A stretch of 60,781 bases of DNA, the filler included. It is 4 parts of 4 records of this genome, joined end to end, with 100 filler letters (N's around TTAATTAATTAA, not from the genome) between each part and the next. Parts side by side here need not be neighbours in the genome. Positions count along the whole stretch, not along the records: positions 1 to 28,429 come from DRR378314_1719; 3 more parts are not named here. One strand, 5' to 3'. Below the pieces are notes generated by a model. The model had not been told where the DNA came from and did no database searches. It saw nothing but the letters and a program-made list of their open reading frames with translations. Below, one piece after another: positions 19,192 through 28,363 of the stretch. How positions within the stretch are numbered: the first letter of the stretch is position 1; every line of letters begins with the position of its first letter. The position numbers were made by a program, and so were the translations under genes.

Positions 19192-19294
19192 CTATTGAAA
19201 TATAGAACAGGCCGTTCAATTTTTCTTGCAGACGCCGCGCAGGCCGCTAACATGCGGGGTACTAAAACAATTCCGAACTGATAAGGTTGAATCC

Positions 19295-19699
19295 ATGACG
19301 GCGCTTGATGACGACAAACCCACGCCCCGGGGCGAGCTGGTAATCCAGGTGATTCCCCTGCCTTCCGACACCAACCCCAACGGCGATGTGTTCGCCGGCT
19401 GGCTGGTTAAACAGATGGACATGGCAGCAGCTACCATGGCGGGACGCATTTCACAGGGGCGCAACGCCACGGTTGCCATGGATCGAATGGAGTTCCTCTC
19501 GCCGCTGCGCGTGGGTTCCCAGGTTGGCTGTTACGGTGAGCTGGTTGAGGTGGGGCGTAGTTCGATGAAAATTAACATCGAGGTTTGGACCCTGGACCGC
19601 ACGGCCAAGGCCCCCCGTAAGGTGACAGAAGGGCTATTCGTTTATGTCGCCATTGACGAACACGGCCGTATTCGTGAAGTGCCTGCACAAAGTGACTGA
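19295..19699 (+). CDS. yciA: Hotdog-fold acyl-CoA thioesterase (YciA-like)
   Basis: PSDTNPNGDVFAGWLVKQMDMAA, GRNATVA, VGRSSM, FVYVAID. Confidence 0.85.
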   Translation: MTALDDDKPTPRGELVIQVIPLPSDTNPNGDVFAGWLVKQMDMAAATMAGRISQGRNATVAMDRMEFLSPLRVGSQVGCYGELVEVGRSSMKINIEVWTLDRTAKAPRKVTEGLFVYVAIDEHGRIREVPAQSD

Positions 19700-19703
19700 C
19701 GGA

Positions 19704-19725
19704 AGGCGGGAAGGTTATCCCGCCT
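19704..19725. terminator. Hairpin between convergent yciA and the TPR gene
   Basis: AGGCGGGA-aggtta-TCCCGCCT, without a clear U-tract. Confidence 0.45.
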
Positions 19726-19770
19726 GACCCGCCCCTCAGAAGGCTCACAAGCAGTTCCGATCAAGACCGA

Positions 19771-20391
19771 TCAGAGCGCGTTTATTCGCTCCTGGGCCTC
19801 TTTCCGGCGACCGGTGTCAGCCACTTCTCGCCCGGGTCTGCCTGGCACTTGCAGGACTTTTCGCAAATACGTTTGGGCACGCTCCGGCTCCCCCTGTTCC
19901 AGCAGGAAGTCCCCGAAGAAGAAATTGGCATCGATGCCGTCAGGGTTGATGATCAATGCCTTTTGCAGATAGCGGCGTGCTTTGTCGTCGTCACCGAAAC
20001 CCAGAGGCCAGCCAGGCACCTGGTAGTACAGGCTCCCCAGGGACGTATAAGCCGAGCCATCGAGGGCTCTCGAATCGATCGCCAGAGCCTCTTCCAGCGA
20101 TCTGCGGGCCTCCTTCACCAGGCCCAGAGCACCAAGCCCGCCTTTGGCGCCAGCATAGGTACTCAGCACAATGCCTTGCCAGATCAGAGGTTCGGCACGG
20201 CCCGGGTACCGGGCGACAAACGTTTCCACGTCTGTATTGAGGCTCTCAAACGCTTTCTCCCGTTCGCTTTCCGGCAGCTGGTACTGGATCTTCGCCCAAT
20301 GCTGCTGAATGCCCACAAGTTCGGTCTCAAGATCGCTTGCCCAGAGTGGCATGGCAACCACCCCGGCCATCATCAGCACTATCCATTTCAT
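19771..20391 (-). CDS. Exported TPR-repeat protein
   Basis: Signal peptide (..AMPLWA) and helical repeats (AYTSLGSLYYQVPGWP, LQKALIINPDGIDANFFFG). ATGA overlap with the SDR. Confidence 0.85.
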   Translation of the reverse strand: MKWIVLMMAGVVAMPLWASDLETELVGIQQHWAKIQYQLPESEREKAFESLNTDVETFVARYPGRAEPLIWQGIVLSTYAGAKGGLGALGLVKEARRSLEEALAIDSRALDGSAYTSLGSLYYQVPGWPLGFGDDDKARRYLQKALIINPDGIDANFFFGDFLLEQGEPERAQTYLRKVLQVPGRPGREVADTGRRKEAQERINAL

Positions 20392-21170
20392 GACAACACT
20401 CCTGAACTGAGAAACCGCCGGATAATGGGTAGTTGCTTAAGCATGGCTTTATCGACGAGGCGCGGCAGTACACCGTTGATAACCACAAACAGTTTTTCAG
20501 GCCAGCCGAGGAAACGACGACGGTCATCATTTTCCATCGCCGCCAGAATGTGTGAAGCCACCAACTCTGGCGTGTCCACGCTGTTCCCAAGTGCCCGATT
20601 CAATTCACTCACTTGTTCCGAATTCATGTCCGTCGCCGTAGCGCGGGGTGCCACATAGACGACCTGGACAGGGGTATCCGCCAACTCTCGACGCAGCGCT
20701 TCGGTGAACCCGCGAAGGCCGAACTTGGTAGCGCAGTAGGCGGTGTAGCCCGGAAACCCGATACTGCCGAAGGTGGACCCCACGAATACCAGAGCTCCGC
20801 TCCTGGCCTTCTCAAACCGGGGCACAAAATGCCTCGCAACCAACATGGCCGAGCGGAGGTTCACGGTGAGCTGGGCATCCAGCTCACTGAGCGCCATGGC
20901 GGGCAGTCTGGCGAAGCGGTTCTGGCCGGCACAGTGGATCACACCGTCAATCTCCGGATGGCTCTCGCTGAGGTGGGACAGCTGATGATCAAGCTCAGCG
21001 GCGGCCAGATCCAGATACACCACAGACACCCCTTGCCGGGGTTCGACAGTGTCCGGATGACGGGATGCAACGATCACCCTCGCCCCGGCCCGCACCAACG
21101 GATCCAACAGCGCCTTACCAATACCTCCGGTACCACCTAGCAGCAGGAAAGTCCGATCATGCAGCCTCAT
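20388..21170 (-). CDS. Short-chain dehydrogenase/reductase
   Basis: GGTGGIG, CAG, S and YCATK catalytic residues. Start reassigned to ATG 21170, overlapping the upstream gene end. Confidence 0.9.
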   Translation of the reverse strand: MRLHDRTFLLLGGTGGIGKALLDPLVRAGARVIVASRHPDTVEPRQGVSVVYLDLAAAELDHQLSHLSESHPEIDGVIHCAGQNRFARLPAMALSELDAQLTVNLRSAMLVARHFVPRFEKARSGALVFVGSTFGSIGFPGYTAYCATKFGLRGFTEALRRELADTPVQVVYVAPRATATDMNSEQVSELNRALGNSVDTPELVASHILAAMENDDRRRFLGWPEKLFVVINGVLPRLVDKAMLKQLPIIRRFLSSGVLS

Positions 21171-23328
21171 GATTCTGCTCCTTGCGGCCGGCGGGCAGCG
21201 GAATACTGTGCAACATGTCTCCATAAAGCCGATAAACCATGCGGGCGGCCTCAATAATGGCCTGCTGGTCGTCCGGGTCAGTGACGTCGTTCATCAGGTT
21301 ACGGAAAAACTCGAAGTGCTCCTGGTCCAACGCGCCATGGGAATACAGGTAGCTGAAGGCCTGGTCGGGAAGGCCAAGAAACGTCTGGATCTGCTCACCC
21401 AGCGGTGTTGCCAGTTCGATTGACGTGCCTTCAAGCACCTGGACCATGCCGAAGAACGCCGCGGGATTGCCACGGTCAATCCGGTCGTAAAGGTACGAGA
21501 CCATAAGCTCGATGGACAGGTCCGGCCTCCCATTTCGAACCTCCTCCTTATCGGCCCCGCAAGCTTCCAGATCATTCAGGATCCACTCGTGGTGGCCGTA
21601 TTCCTCATCAATGTACTCAACCAATGCCTTACGGATAAATTCCATCCGCTCTGGCAACCTGGCTCCGCAGGCCATCATCAGGGGGACCGTGTGCTTAACG
21701 TGATGGTAGGCCTGAGTCAGAAACCAGGTGTAGGCCTCGAGACTGAAGCGCCCCTCGGCAATCGCACTGATCACTGGCGCGCCAGTAACGTAAGCCCTTG
21801 CCTCTGTCGTTTCTTGCTGCAATCGATCAAAAAATGCCATATGGGAATCTCCTGACTGGTTCGTGGGTAAGATTGAGAGAGACACCGGAACGGCCTCCGC
21901 TAATAGGGTGTGCAGATCGGTCTGGATTCTGGAGCGTACGGGCCTACCGTTCGTTGTTAGGTAGCCATCGGCCAGGGTCAGAGGTTTACGGCGGATGTAG
22001 AGCGTGGCCAGCCGGGCATAGTCGGGCAACCTCGCATTGAGCGCAGACAGGGCCGTACGAACCTGTCCTGGCGAGCGGCTGTCCCCGATGATCACCAGCG
22101 CGCTGGGGTTTGGTGCACCATCCCCGAACACGACCGCCTGTCGCGCGCCCAAGGCCTGAATCAGTTCGCTCTCCAACCACTCCGGGCTGATGTTGCGGCC
22201 AAAGCTGGTAATCAGGAGATTCTTGGCGCGGCCATTCACCGTCAGAAAGCCTTCCGGACTGAGCTCACCCAGATCCCCCGTCTCCAGCCACTCTTCACTT
22301 CCGGTGGCATCGCCCAGATACCCGAGGTGGGTATTGCCACGAACCCGGATCTGGTGGGCCTCATCCACATCGATTTCAACGTGGGACAGCGGCTTACCGA
22401 CGGTACCTTCGCATTCATCACCGGGCACGTTGAGAGCCACCACAGAGCTGCATTCCGACAGGCCATACCCCTCGTAGAGCGGCAACCCAAGCTCTCGGCC
22501 ACGGGTCAGAAGCTCCGGCGATACACGGCCACCACCAACGGCGAGGAACCGAAACGACCGACAGTCCAATTGTCGCTGTTCGGCCGCAGCCACCAGGGCC
22601 ATGGCCAGTTCCGGCACCAATATCAGAGATTGCGGCCTGCGATGGTTAATGCCCGACACCAGGCGGTCCAGGTCCAGGCCGCTGCTGCCGGTCATCCCGA
22701 GGGTCTGTAGGGGAATTGCGGTAACGGTAGCGCCCATCAGAAGGGGCAGATAGACCCCGGCGATGTTTTCCAGCAGTGTGGCCAGTGGCAGGATGCACAA
22801 ATGCTGGTGTAACGCCACGCCCGCCAGCCGCTCGCTCAGGGCAAGCGCGGTGGATATCATCTGTGCTCCGGACAAACAGACACCTTTTGGCGTTCCAGTG
22901 CTGCCGGATGTGAACGTAACCTTTGCGGTGGTTTCCGGCATCCAGGCACCCGCTCCGGGCTGCGACAGGTGTTGAAACCATACGCCATGACCCAGATGCT
23001 GGCTGAAGGCTCCCTGCTCAACGGACAGGATACCGTCGAGACCCGCTTGTTCGATCAGGTGGGAAACCTGAGACCTGGAGAAAAAAGCCGGCACGGGTAC
23101 ACACACCACATCAGCCAGCAGACACGCCAGATCAGCCAGGATCCAGGCTGGGGAGTTGTCGCCACACAGACCGGCACGTTTCACACCCAGTCGCTGCAAC
23201 TGGTCGGCCAGAGCCTGGACCGCCTGCACCATCTGGCCATAACTGATTGCCGCCTCCGGCCCCTGCAGAGCATTGCGGGACGAGGGCACCCGTGACAGGC
23301 GCTGGATCAATTCAGGCGAGGCGACCAT
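21157..23328 (-). CDS. Acyl-AMP/CoA ligase (ANL family) fused in frame to a heme-oxygenase-like diiron (TenA/HDO) domain
   Basis: ANL motifs TFTSGSTGTPKG, YEGYGLSE and TGDLG. The C-terminal 227 aa (21157-21840) carry AYHH, EEYGH, VLEG and HGALDQEH diiron-type ligands. AGGAG RBS and ATG at 21840. Confidence 0.85.
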   Translation of the reverse strand: MVASPELIQRLSRVPSSRNALQGPEAAISYGQMVQAVQALADQLQRLGVKRAGLCGDNSPAWILADLACLLADVVCVPVPAFFSRSQVSHLIEQAGLDGILSVEQGAFSQHLGHGVWFQHLSQPGAGAWMPETTAKVTFTSGSTGTPKGVCLSGAQMISTALALSERLAGVALHQHLCILPLATLLENIAGVYLPLLMGATVTAIPLQTLGMTGSSGLDLDRLVSGINHRRPQSLILVPELAMALVAAAEQRQLDCRSFRFLAVGGGRVSPELLTRGRELGLPLYEGYGLSECSSVVALNVPGDECEGTVGKPLSHVEIDVDEAHQIRVRGNTHLGYLGDATGSEEWLETGDLGELSPEGFLTVNGRAKNLLITSFGRNISPEWLESELIQALGARQAVVFGDGAPNPSALVIIGDSRSPGQVRTALSALNARLPDYARLATLYIRRKPLTLADGYLTTNGRPVRSRIQTDLHTLLAEAVPVSLSILPTNQSGDSHMAFFDRLQQETTEARAYVTGAPVISAIAEGRFSLEAYTWFLTQAYHHVKHTVPLMMACGARLPERMEFIRKALVEYIDEEYGHHEWILNDLEACGADKEEVRNGRPDLSIELMVSYLYDRIDRGNPAAFFGMVQVLEGTSIELATPLGEQIQTFLGLPDQAFSYLYSHGALDQEHFEFFRNLMNDVTDPDDQQAIIEAARMVYRLYGDMLHSIPLPAGRKEQNHEAA

Positions 23329-24022
23329 AACCGGCTCCCTGGGTTAAACCGCCGGCATCGTCGCCCGCAAGGACTGGCTGAATAAGCCGCAACAAGCCCG
23401 CCTGGCGAAGGGCCGCGACGCCGTCCGACACCTTGATGGCCATTACGACAGGGTGATGATCGTAATATCTCCCCCAACCAGCACCACCATCGGGCAACCG
23501 GCCGGGATCCGCACTGGCAAGAACCCGGGTGGCGATTCCCAACCGATGAAAACTGTTACGCAACTGATCCGTACCGGTGCAGACCACCCAATCGTACCCG
23601 CCTGATTCCAGCCAGACTGACAGCGAGGCGAACAGGTAACGGCTGACACCCGCCTCCACACCCGCCAAGTGGGCGACCTCAGCTATTCGGTGACGCTCAC
23701 TAACCGGCACCGGCAATACCGATTCCACCGACTCGGACAGATAGTCTTCCAGAAACAGACGCTCCTGGCCGGCACTGCGCACGCCCACGGCCGCCAGGAG
23801 CGACCCCTGAGCCGTGGTGAGCGCAAGCAGAGCGGGAATCCGCAAGGACGGATCCGCACCATAAGCTTGCCGGAATCGCCTGCGGATGAAGCAGGCAACT
23901 GTCTCTGCCATGGCCGATTCCGGAGCGATCTGGCTAAACCATCGACCGGCGCACCGGATCACAGGGACCACGTCCCGGTAATCCGGTAAACAACAGGTGG
24001 ACATCGTAAGCGGATCAGTCAT
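23312..24022 (-). CDS. 'Thermostable hemolysin' family protein (probably GNAT-like)
   Basis: FIRRRFxQAYGA, AVGxR, LFLEDYL, IAEVAHLA, WVVCTGT and WGRYYDHHPxV recalled as family motifs. ATG 24022 with GGAGAG RBS. Confidence 0.8.
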   Translation of the reverse strand: MTDPLTMSTCCLPDYRDVVPVIRCAGRWFSQIAPESAMAETVACFIRRRFRQAYGADPSLRIPALLALTTAQGSLLAAVGVRSAGQERLFLEDYLSESVESVLPVPVSERHRIAEVAHLAGVEAGVSRYLFASLSVWLESGGYDWVVCTGTDQLRNSFHRLGIATRVLASADPGRLPDGGAGWGRYYDHHPVVMAIKVSDGVAALRQAGLLRLIQPVLAGDDAGGLTQGAGYGRLA

Positions 24023-24031
24023 GGGCACTCT

Positions 24032-24061
24032 CCAACAGCATTCGGGCCAACAGCATTCGGG
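24032..24061. repeat. Perfect 15-bp tandem duplication
   Basis: CCAACAGCATTCGGG x2 directly upstream of the RBS of the hemolysin-family gene. Confidence 0.9.
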
Positions 24062-24102
24062 TGCAATACCCGGAAACATGACCGCCAGAATAGAGAGCGA
24101 GG

Positions 24103-24119
24103 CTTAATGGAGTCTTAAG
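24103..24119. promoter_or_regulatory. PmrA/QseB-type response-regulator box 1
   Basis: CTTAAT-GGAGT-CTTAAG fits YTTAAK-N5-YTTAAK. Confidence 0.75.
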
Positions 24120-24135
24120 GCCAAGTCGTATAATT

Positions 24136-24152
24136 CTTAAGCTGGCCTTAAG
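24136..24152. promoter_or_regulatory. PmrA/QseB-type response-regulator box 2
   Basis: CTTAAG-CTGGC-CTTAAG. Confidence 0.75.
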
Positions 24153-24200
24153 CTTTCTGTGGCAGACTCCGTTGTAGATCGCACAAAAGGGTTCTTTTAA

Positions 24201-24884
24201 ATGCGCATTTTGCTGGTTGAAGATGATCACTTACTTGCCCGCACCATGCTGGACATGCTGCGGGAAGATCAGAACACCGTGGATTGGCTTGACGATGGCC
24301 AGCAAGCGTTGAATGCACTGGAAACCGAGCACTTCGACCTGGTCATACTCGACCTGACCCTGCCCCGAGTCGATGGCCTTGATGTCGTCCGACGCGCCCG
24401 AGCGCAGGACAACCGGACCCCCATTATCATCCTTACCGCAAGAACCGACCTGGACGAAAAACTGCAAGGCCTGGATGCCGGAGCAGACGATTACCTCACC
24501 AAACCGTTTGCCATGGCGGAATTGAAGGCTCGCATCCGGGCAGTCACCCGCCGGGGCTCCGCATTGCCTCATAATGGCCTGACCGTCGGGCAGCTTGTGC
24601 TGAACCCGGATTCCTGTCAGCTCACGACAGCAGAGGAAACCGTCACCCTTCCCCGCAGCGAGTTCCAGCTATTGAACTACATGATGCGCCATCCCGATCA
24701 AGTGGCTACTCGCAGGCGACTCGAAGAACAGCTGTACGGCTGGGAACAGGGGGCGGAAAGCAATGCGCTCGAGGTACACATTCATCATCTTCGGCGACGA
24801 ATTGGCAAGACCACTATCCGTACGATTCGAGGTGTTGGCTATATGCTCGACAGCCAGGCTGCCGGAGCACCCGAATGTCGCTGA
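24201..24884 (+). CDS. OmpR-family response regulator, QseB/PmrA subfamily
   Basis: MRILLVEDD, ILDLTLP, GLDAGADDYLTKPF, SNALEVHIHHLR, IRTIRGVGY. Confidence 0.93.
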   Translation: MRILLVEDDHLLARTMLDMLREDQNTVDWLDDGQQALNALETEHFDLVILDLTLPRVDGLDVVRRARAQDNRTPIIILTARTDLDEKLQGLDAGADDYLTKPFAMAELKARIRAVTRRGSALPHNGLTVGQLVLNPDSCQLTTAEETVTLPRSEFQLLNYMMRHPDQVATRRRLEEQLYGWEQGAESNALEVHIHHLRRRIGKTTIRTIRGVGYMLDSQAAGAPECR

Positions 24885-26296
24885 CCCGCACACTGACCCT
24901 CTTGATTACCTCAACCGTTCTGTTGATTGCTCTTATCGCCGCTGCCTGGAGTTACATCGAGAGCAACCACGAACTGGAGGAGTTGTTTGACGCCGAACTG
25001 GCCCAGAGCACACGGATTGTTCAAGGCCTGGTACGCCACCTGGCGGATACCCAATCCATGGAGCAGTTGCCCAGGACTTTGCGCGAAACGCTGGAACTGC
25101 CCCTCGCCGAAGGGGACAACATCGACTTTGAAGCGGACCAAAACGAAATACTCCCCAGAGGGATCGGACACAAGTACGAAAAAAAGCTGGCTTTCGAAGT
25201 CTGGACCCCCGACCGAACCCCGTTGCTGGACACCCTCAAAGAGGATGATTCCGAAGGCTTGATTCCCGGCTATTCCTGGGCGGAATCCCAGGGCTATCGC
25301 TGGCGCGTTTTCACGCTACAAGACCCGACCACTGATTTCTGGATCCGTACCGCTCAACGGGAGGACATCCGCCAGGAACTGAGCCAGGAGCTGGCCCTCG
25401 GCAATGTTCTCCCCCTGCTGCTGGCCCTGCCACTTCTGGCGCTAGCCGCCATCGTTGCCATCCAGTTCAGCTTCCGTCCGCTACGCCGGCTTGAAAACCC
25501 CGTGCGTCATATGGCGCCCGAGCGCATTCACCCTCTCGATGACCAGCAGGCACCCAAGGAAGTGGCCGGACTCGTGCAGGCCGTCAATGGTCTATTGAAG
25601 CGACTGAACCAGGCCTTCGAGCGAGAAAGACGGTTTTCCGCCGATGCAGCCCACGAGCTGAGAACCCCGCTGGCTGTGTTGCGGCTGAATCTTGAGAAAG
25701 CCTGCGCAGACAACCCGGAGCAGTTTCAGGGCCTGATCCAATCGGTTGATCGCATGGTGCATCTGGTTGAGCAAATGCTGTTGCTGAGCCGGGTTGACGC
25801 AGGTACCGATTTCGCTCCGGAGTACCACAACCTGTCATCCATTGTTGAGCAAAGCATCGCCGATGTTGCTCCCCTGGCCCTGAAAAAGGACATCGAACCG
25901 GTACTGGAAGACGATGCCGGGCAGGCCCTGGTGAGCTGTCACAGCGCCTTGATCAATACTTTGATGCGCTCCCTGCTGGCCAATGCCATTCAATACAGCC
26001 CCGAACACACGGTTATTACCACTCACCTCACCCCTTCCGGCAATGGTTACCGCATCACCGTATGCGATCAGGGCCCCGGCATCCCGGATGAAGAACGGGA
26101 ACGGGCCATGAGCCGTTTCGTCAGGTTGGACCAGCGCCTGGGCGGCGGCGCAGGGCTGGGGCTCGCCATTGCCCGACGTATTGCGGAGCTCCATGGTGGC
26201 CAGCTAACCCTCATGAAAAGGGACGACGGACATTCCGGGCTGTGCGTCAGCATTTGGCTACCTGCTCAGCCTTGCCCTGACAACCGCCACTCTTAA
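24875..26296 (+). CDS. Sensor histidine kinase, QseC/PmrB subfamily
   Basis: Two TM helices, periplasmic ELEELFDAELAQ, H-box AAHELRTPL, DQGPGI, GAGLGLAI. Confidence 0.93.
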   Translation: MSLTRTLTLLITSTVLLIALIAAAWSYIESNHELEELFDAELAQSTRIVQGLVRHLADTQSMEQLPRTLRETLELPLAEGDNIDFEADQNEILPRGIGHKYEKKLAFEVWTPDRTPLLDTLKEDDSEGLIPGYSWAESQGYRWRVFTLQDPTTDFWIRTAQREDIRQELSQELALGNVLPLLLALPLLALAAIVAIQFSFRPLRRLENPVRHMAPERIHPLDDQQAPKEVAGLVQAVNGLLKRLNQAFERERRFSADAAHELRTPLAVLRLNLEKACADNPEQFQGLIQSVDRMVHLVEQMLLLSRVDAGTDFAPEYHNLSSIVEQSIADVAPLALKKDIEPVLEDDAGQALVSCHSALINTLMRSLLANAIQYSPEHTVITTHLTPSGNGYRITVCDQGPGIPDEERERAMSRFVRLDQRLGGGAGLGLAIARRIAELHGGQLTLMKRDDGHSGLCVSIWLPAQPCPDNRHS

Positions 26297-26308
26297 GGTT
26301 AAATTAAG
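26292..26308. promoter_or_regulatory. PmrA/QseB-type box 3, upstream of the outer-membrane protein gene
   Basis: CTTAAG-GTTAA-ATTAAG overlapping the kinase stop codon. Confidence 0.65.
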
Positions 26309-26534
26309 GTTGCAGGCGGGAACAGAAGAAGCTATTGCCTATAGAAATAACATTCTCTTCAAGCAGACCGGTGAAAGAAACCATCCGACGTCGGCCCGTG
26401 GTTCTGCTTTCACTGGGTGATGAACACATGAAGCCCGGCTGTACGCATCCGGACAATATAAAACGGTTCACCGTCTCAACGCCCGGCATTTGGCAGGATC
26501 GTTTCAGCCACTAAATCACACAGGCCAGGGATGT

Positions 26535-27161
26535 ATGAAACTCCGACTTCTCATTGCATTCACACTAGGATCTGTACTGAACGCCGCTCCGGTGACGGCA
26601 GAAGTCGGCCTGGCACCGTTTGCAGGTTTTCGCATGAGCAGTTCGGTGGATATCGAGACCGCCGGCGCCAGCACTTCAGACCAGATCCACTTCCGGGATT
26701 CCGCCAGTCAGGGGCTGGTGTTCAATTTTGATCTGCCGGAGGCCGGCAAACAGGGCGAACTGTATTTCGGGCGACAGAGAACCTCGGCCAGGCTGGATAA
26801 TGGTCTGTTCGCACCGGGCGTGGAGTCTATCGACCTGACGATCTACCAGCTCCAGTTTGGCGGGCTGTATTTCCCCGGTGGCCAGAATCACGGTGGATTC
26901 GTCTCCGGAGTGTTGGGCGTTACCCGGCTTGAACCTGAAGATTCGGGGTACGAAACCCACCACCGTGCTGCTCTCTCCCTGGGTGGTGGCTATCAGTTCT
27001 TTCTGACGGAACAACTGCGCCTGAGGCTGGATCTGCGCGGTGTTTACACCGCCTTGAATTCGGGAGGTTCCGCGTTCTGCTCAGGTGGCTGCGAACTCAA
27101 GTTCGACAGCAGCGGCTACCTGCAGGTGGAAGCCGCCGCAGGGCTGGCCATTCGGTTCTGA
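26535..27161 (+). CDS. Outer-membrane beta-barrel protein
   Basis: Signal peptide, alternating amphipathic strands and C-terminal GLAIRF (terminal Phe). Confidence 0.8.
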   Translation: MKLRLLIAFTLGSVLNAAPVTAEVGLAPFAGFRMSSSVDIETAGASTSDQIHFRDSASQGLVFNFDLPEAGKQGELYFGRQRTSARLDNGLFAPGVESIDLTIYQLQFGGLYFPGGQNHGGFVSGVLGVTRLEPEDSGYETHHRAALSLGGGYQFFLTEQLRLRLDLRGVYTALNSGGSAFCSGGCELKFDSSGYLQVEAAAGLAIRF

Positions 27162-27168
27162 GGCCCGG

Positions 27169-28362
27169 TCAGGCTGTCACTGGTCGCCGCTCGGGCAACC
27201 TCAGGGACAGCAGCGCGGCCATGGCCACCAGTCCGGACGATATCCATAAGCAGGCCTCCAATCCGTAGGCCTGATACACCCACCCGGACAGAATGGTGCC
27301 CAGCAAACGCCCGGCAGCGTTCGACATGTAATAGAAACCCACGTCCAACGAAACGCCATCACCGCGGGCATAGCTAACAATAAGATAGCTGTGCAGCGAC
27401 GAGTTGATGGCAAACAGCACGCCAAACAACAGCAGACCACCGACAATCACGATCTGGGGTGACCAACCGGCCGACAGACCAATGGCGATTGCTGCGGGAG
27501 TCACCGCCAGGCCCGCCGCCCAGAGCACAGCAGGCTGTTTGCCTTCCATGTTGCCGGTGATGCGCGGCGCAAGGGTCTGGATAAAGCCATAGCCAATGAT
27601 CCAGCTGGCCATAAAGCCGCCCACTTTCCAGAAGTCCCAGCCAAAGACCGTGTGCAGGTAGACCGGCAAAGCTACTACAAACCACACATCCCGTGCTCCG
27701 AACAGGAACATCCGCGCCGCCGAGAGGACATTGATTGCCCGGCTTTTGGACAGGATCTCGCTGAACTTCGGCTTGGCCTTGCTCTTGCCCAGATCCTGTC
27801 CCAGCAGAAACAGGCTGGCCAGCCAGACCAGTCCCAGAACCACCGCCATGATGACGACGGCGCCATTGAAGCCAGCCACCATCAACAGCACACCACCGAG
27901 GAAGAAGCCGACACCCTTAAGGGTGTTCTTGGAGCCGGTGAGAATCGCCACCCACTTGTACAGCGTGCCCTGCTGCTCGTCCGGCACCAGCAGCTTGATG
28001 CCGCTCTTGGCGGACATCTTGTTAAGGTCCTTGGCAATACCAGACAACGCCTGGGCCGCCATCACCCAAGGCACAGTGAGCATGGCCGCGGGGACTGCCA
28101 GCATGCCCAGCGCCACTATCTGCAGGAACAGCCCGATGTTCATGGTGCGGTTCAGCCCCATGCGGGCGCCCAGGTAGCCGCCCACCAGGTTGGTCACCAC
28201 CCCGAAGAACTCGTAGAAGATGAACAGCAGGGCAATTTCCAACGGCGAATAGCCGAGCTGATGGAAATGCAGTACCACCAGCATCCGCAGGGCCCCGTCC
28301 GTCAGGGTGAAGGCCCAGTAGTTGCCGGTGATGACCAGATACTGTCGGATGGCCGAGGTCAT
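27169..28362 (-). CDS. arsJ: Organoarsenical efflux MFS transporter ArsJ
   Basis: YWAFTLTDGALRMLVVLHFH, AQALSGIAKDLNKMSAKS and DVGFYYMSNAAGRL. Directly follows a GAPDH gene. Confidence 0.93.
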   Translation of the reverse strand: MTSAIRQYLVITGNYWAFTLTDGALRMLVVLHFHQLGYSPLEIALLFIFYEFFGVVTNLVGGYLGARMGLNRTMNIGLFLQIVALGMLAVPAAMLTVPWVMAAQALSGIAKDLNKMSAKSGIKLLVPDEQQGTLYKWVAILTGSKNTLKGVGFFLGGVLLMVAGFNGAVVIMAVVLGLVWLASLFLLGQDLGKSKAKPKFSEILSKSRAINVLSAARMFLFGARDVWFVVALPVYLHTVFGWDFWKVGGFMASWIIGYGFIQTLAPRITGNMEGKQPAVLWAAGLAVTPAAIAIGLSAGWSPQIVIVGGLLLFGVLFAINSSLHSYLIVSYARGDGVSLDVGFYYMSNAAGRLLGTILSGWVYQAYGLEACLWISSGLVAMAALLSLRLPERRPVTA

Positions 28363-28363
28363 A

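Noticed and set aside
21157-23328. NRPS module
   Set aside because: An adenylation-type domain only; no condensation or carrier domain recognised nearby.
23312-24022. Literal hemolytic toxin
   Set aside because: No signal peptide or pore-forming features, and the gene is coupled to metabolic enzymes. The family name alone is not evidence.
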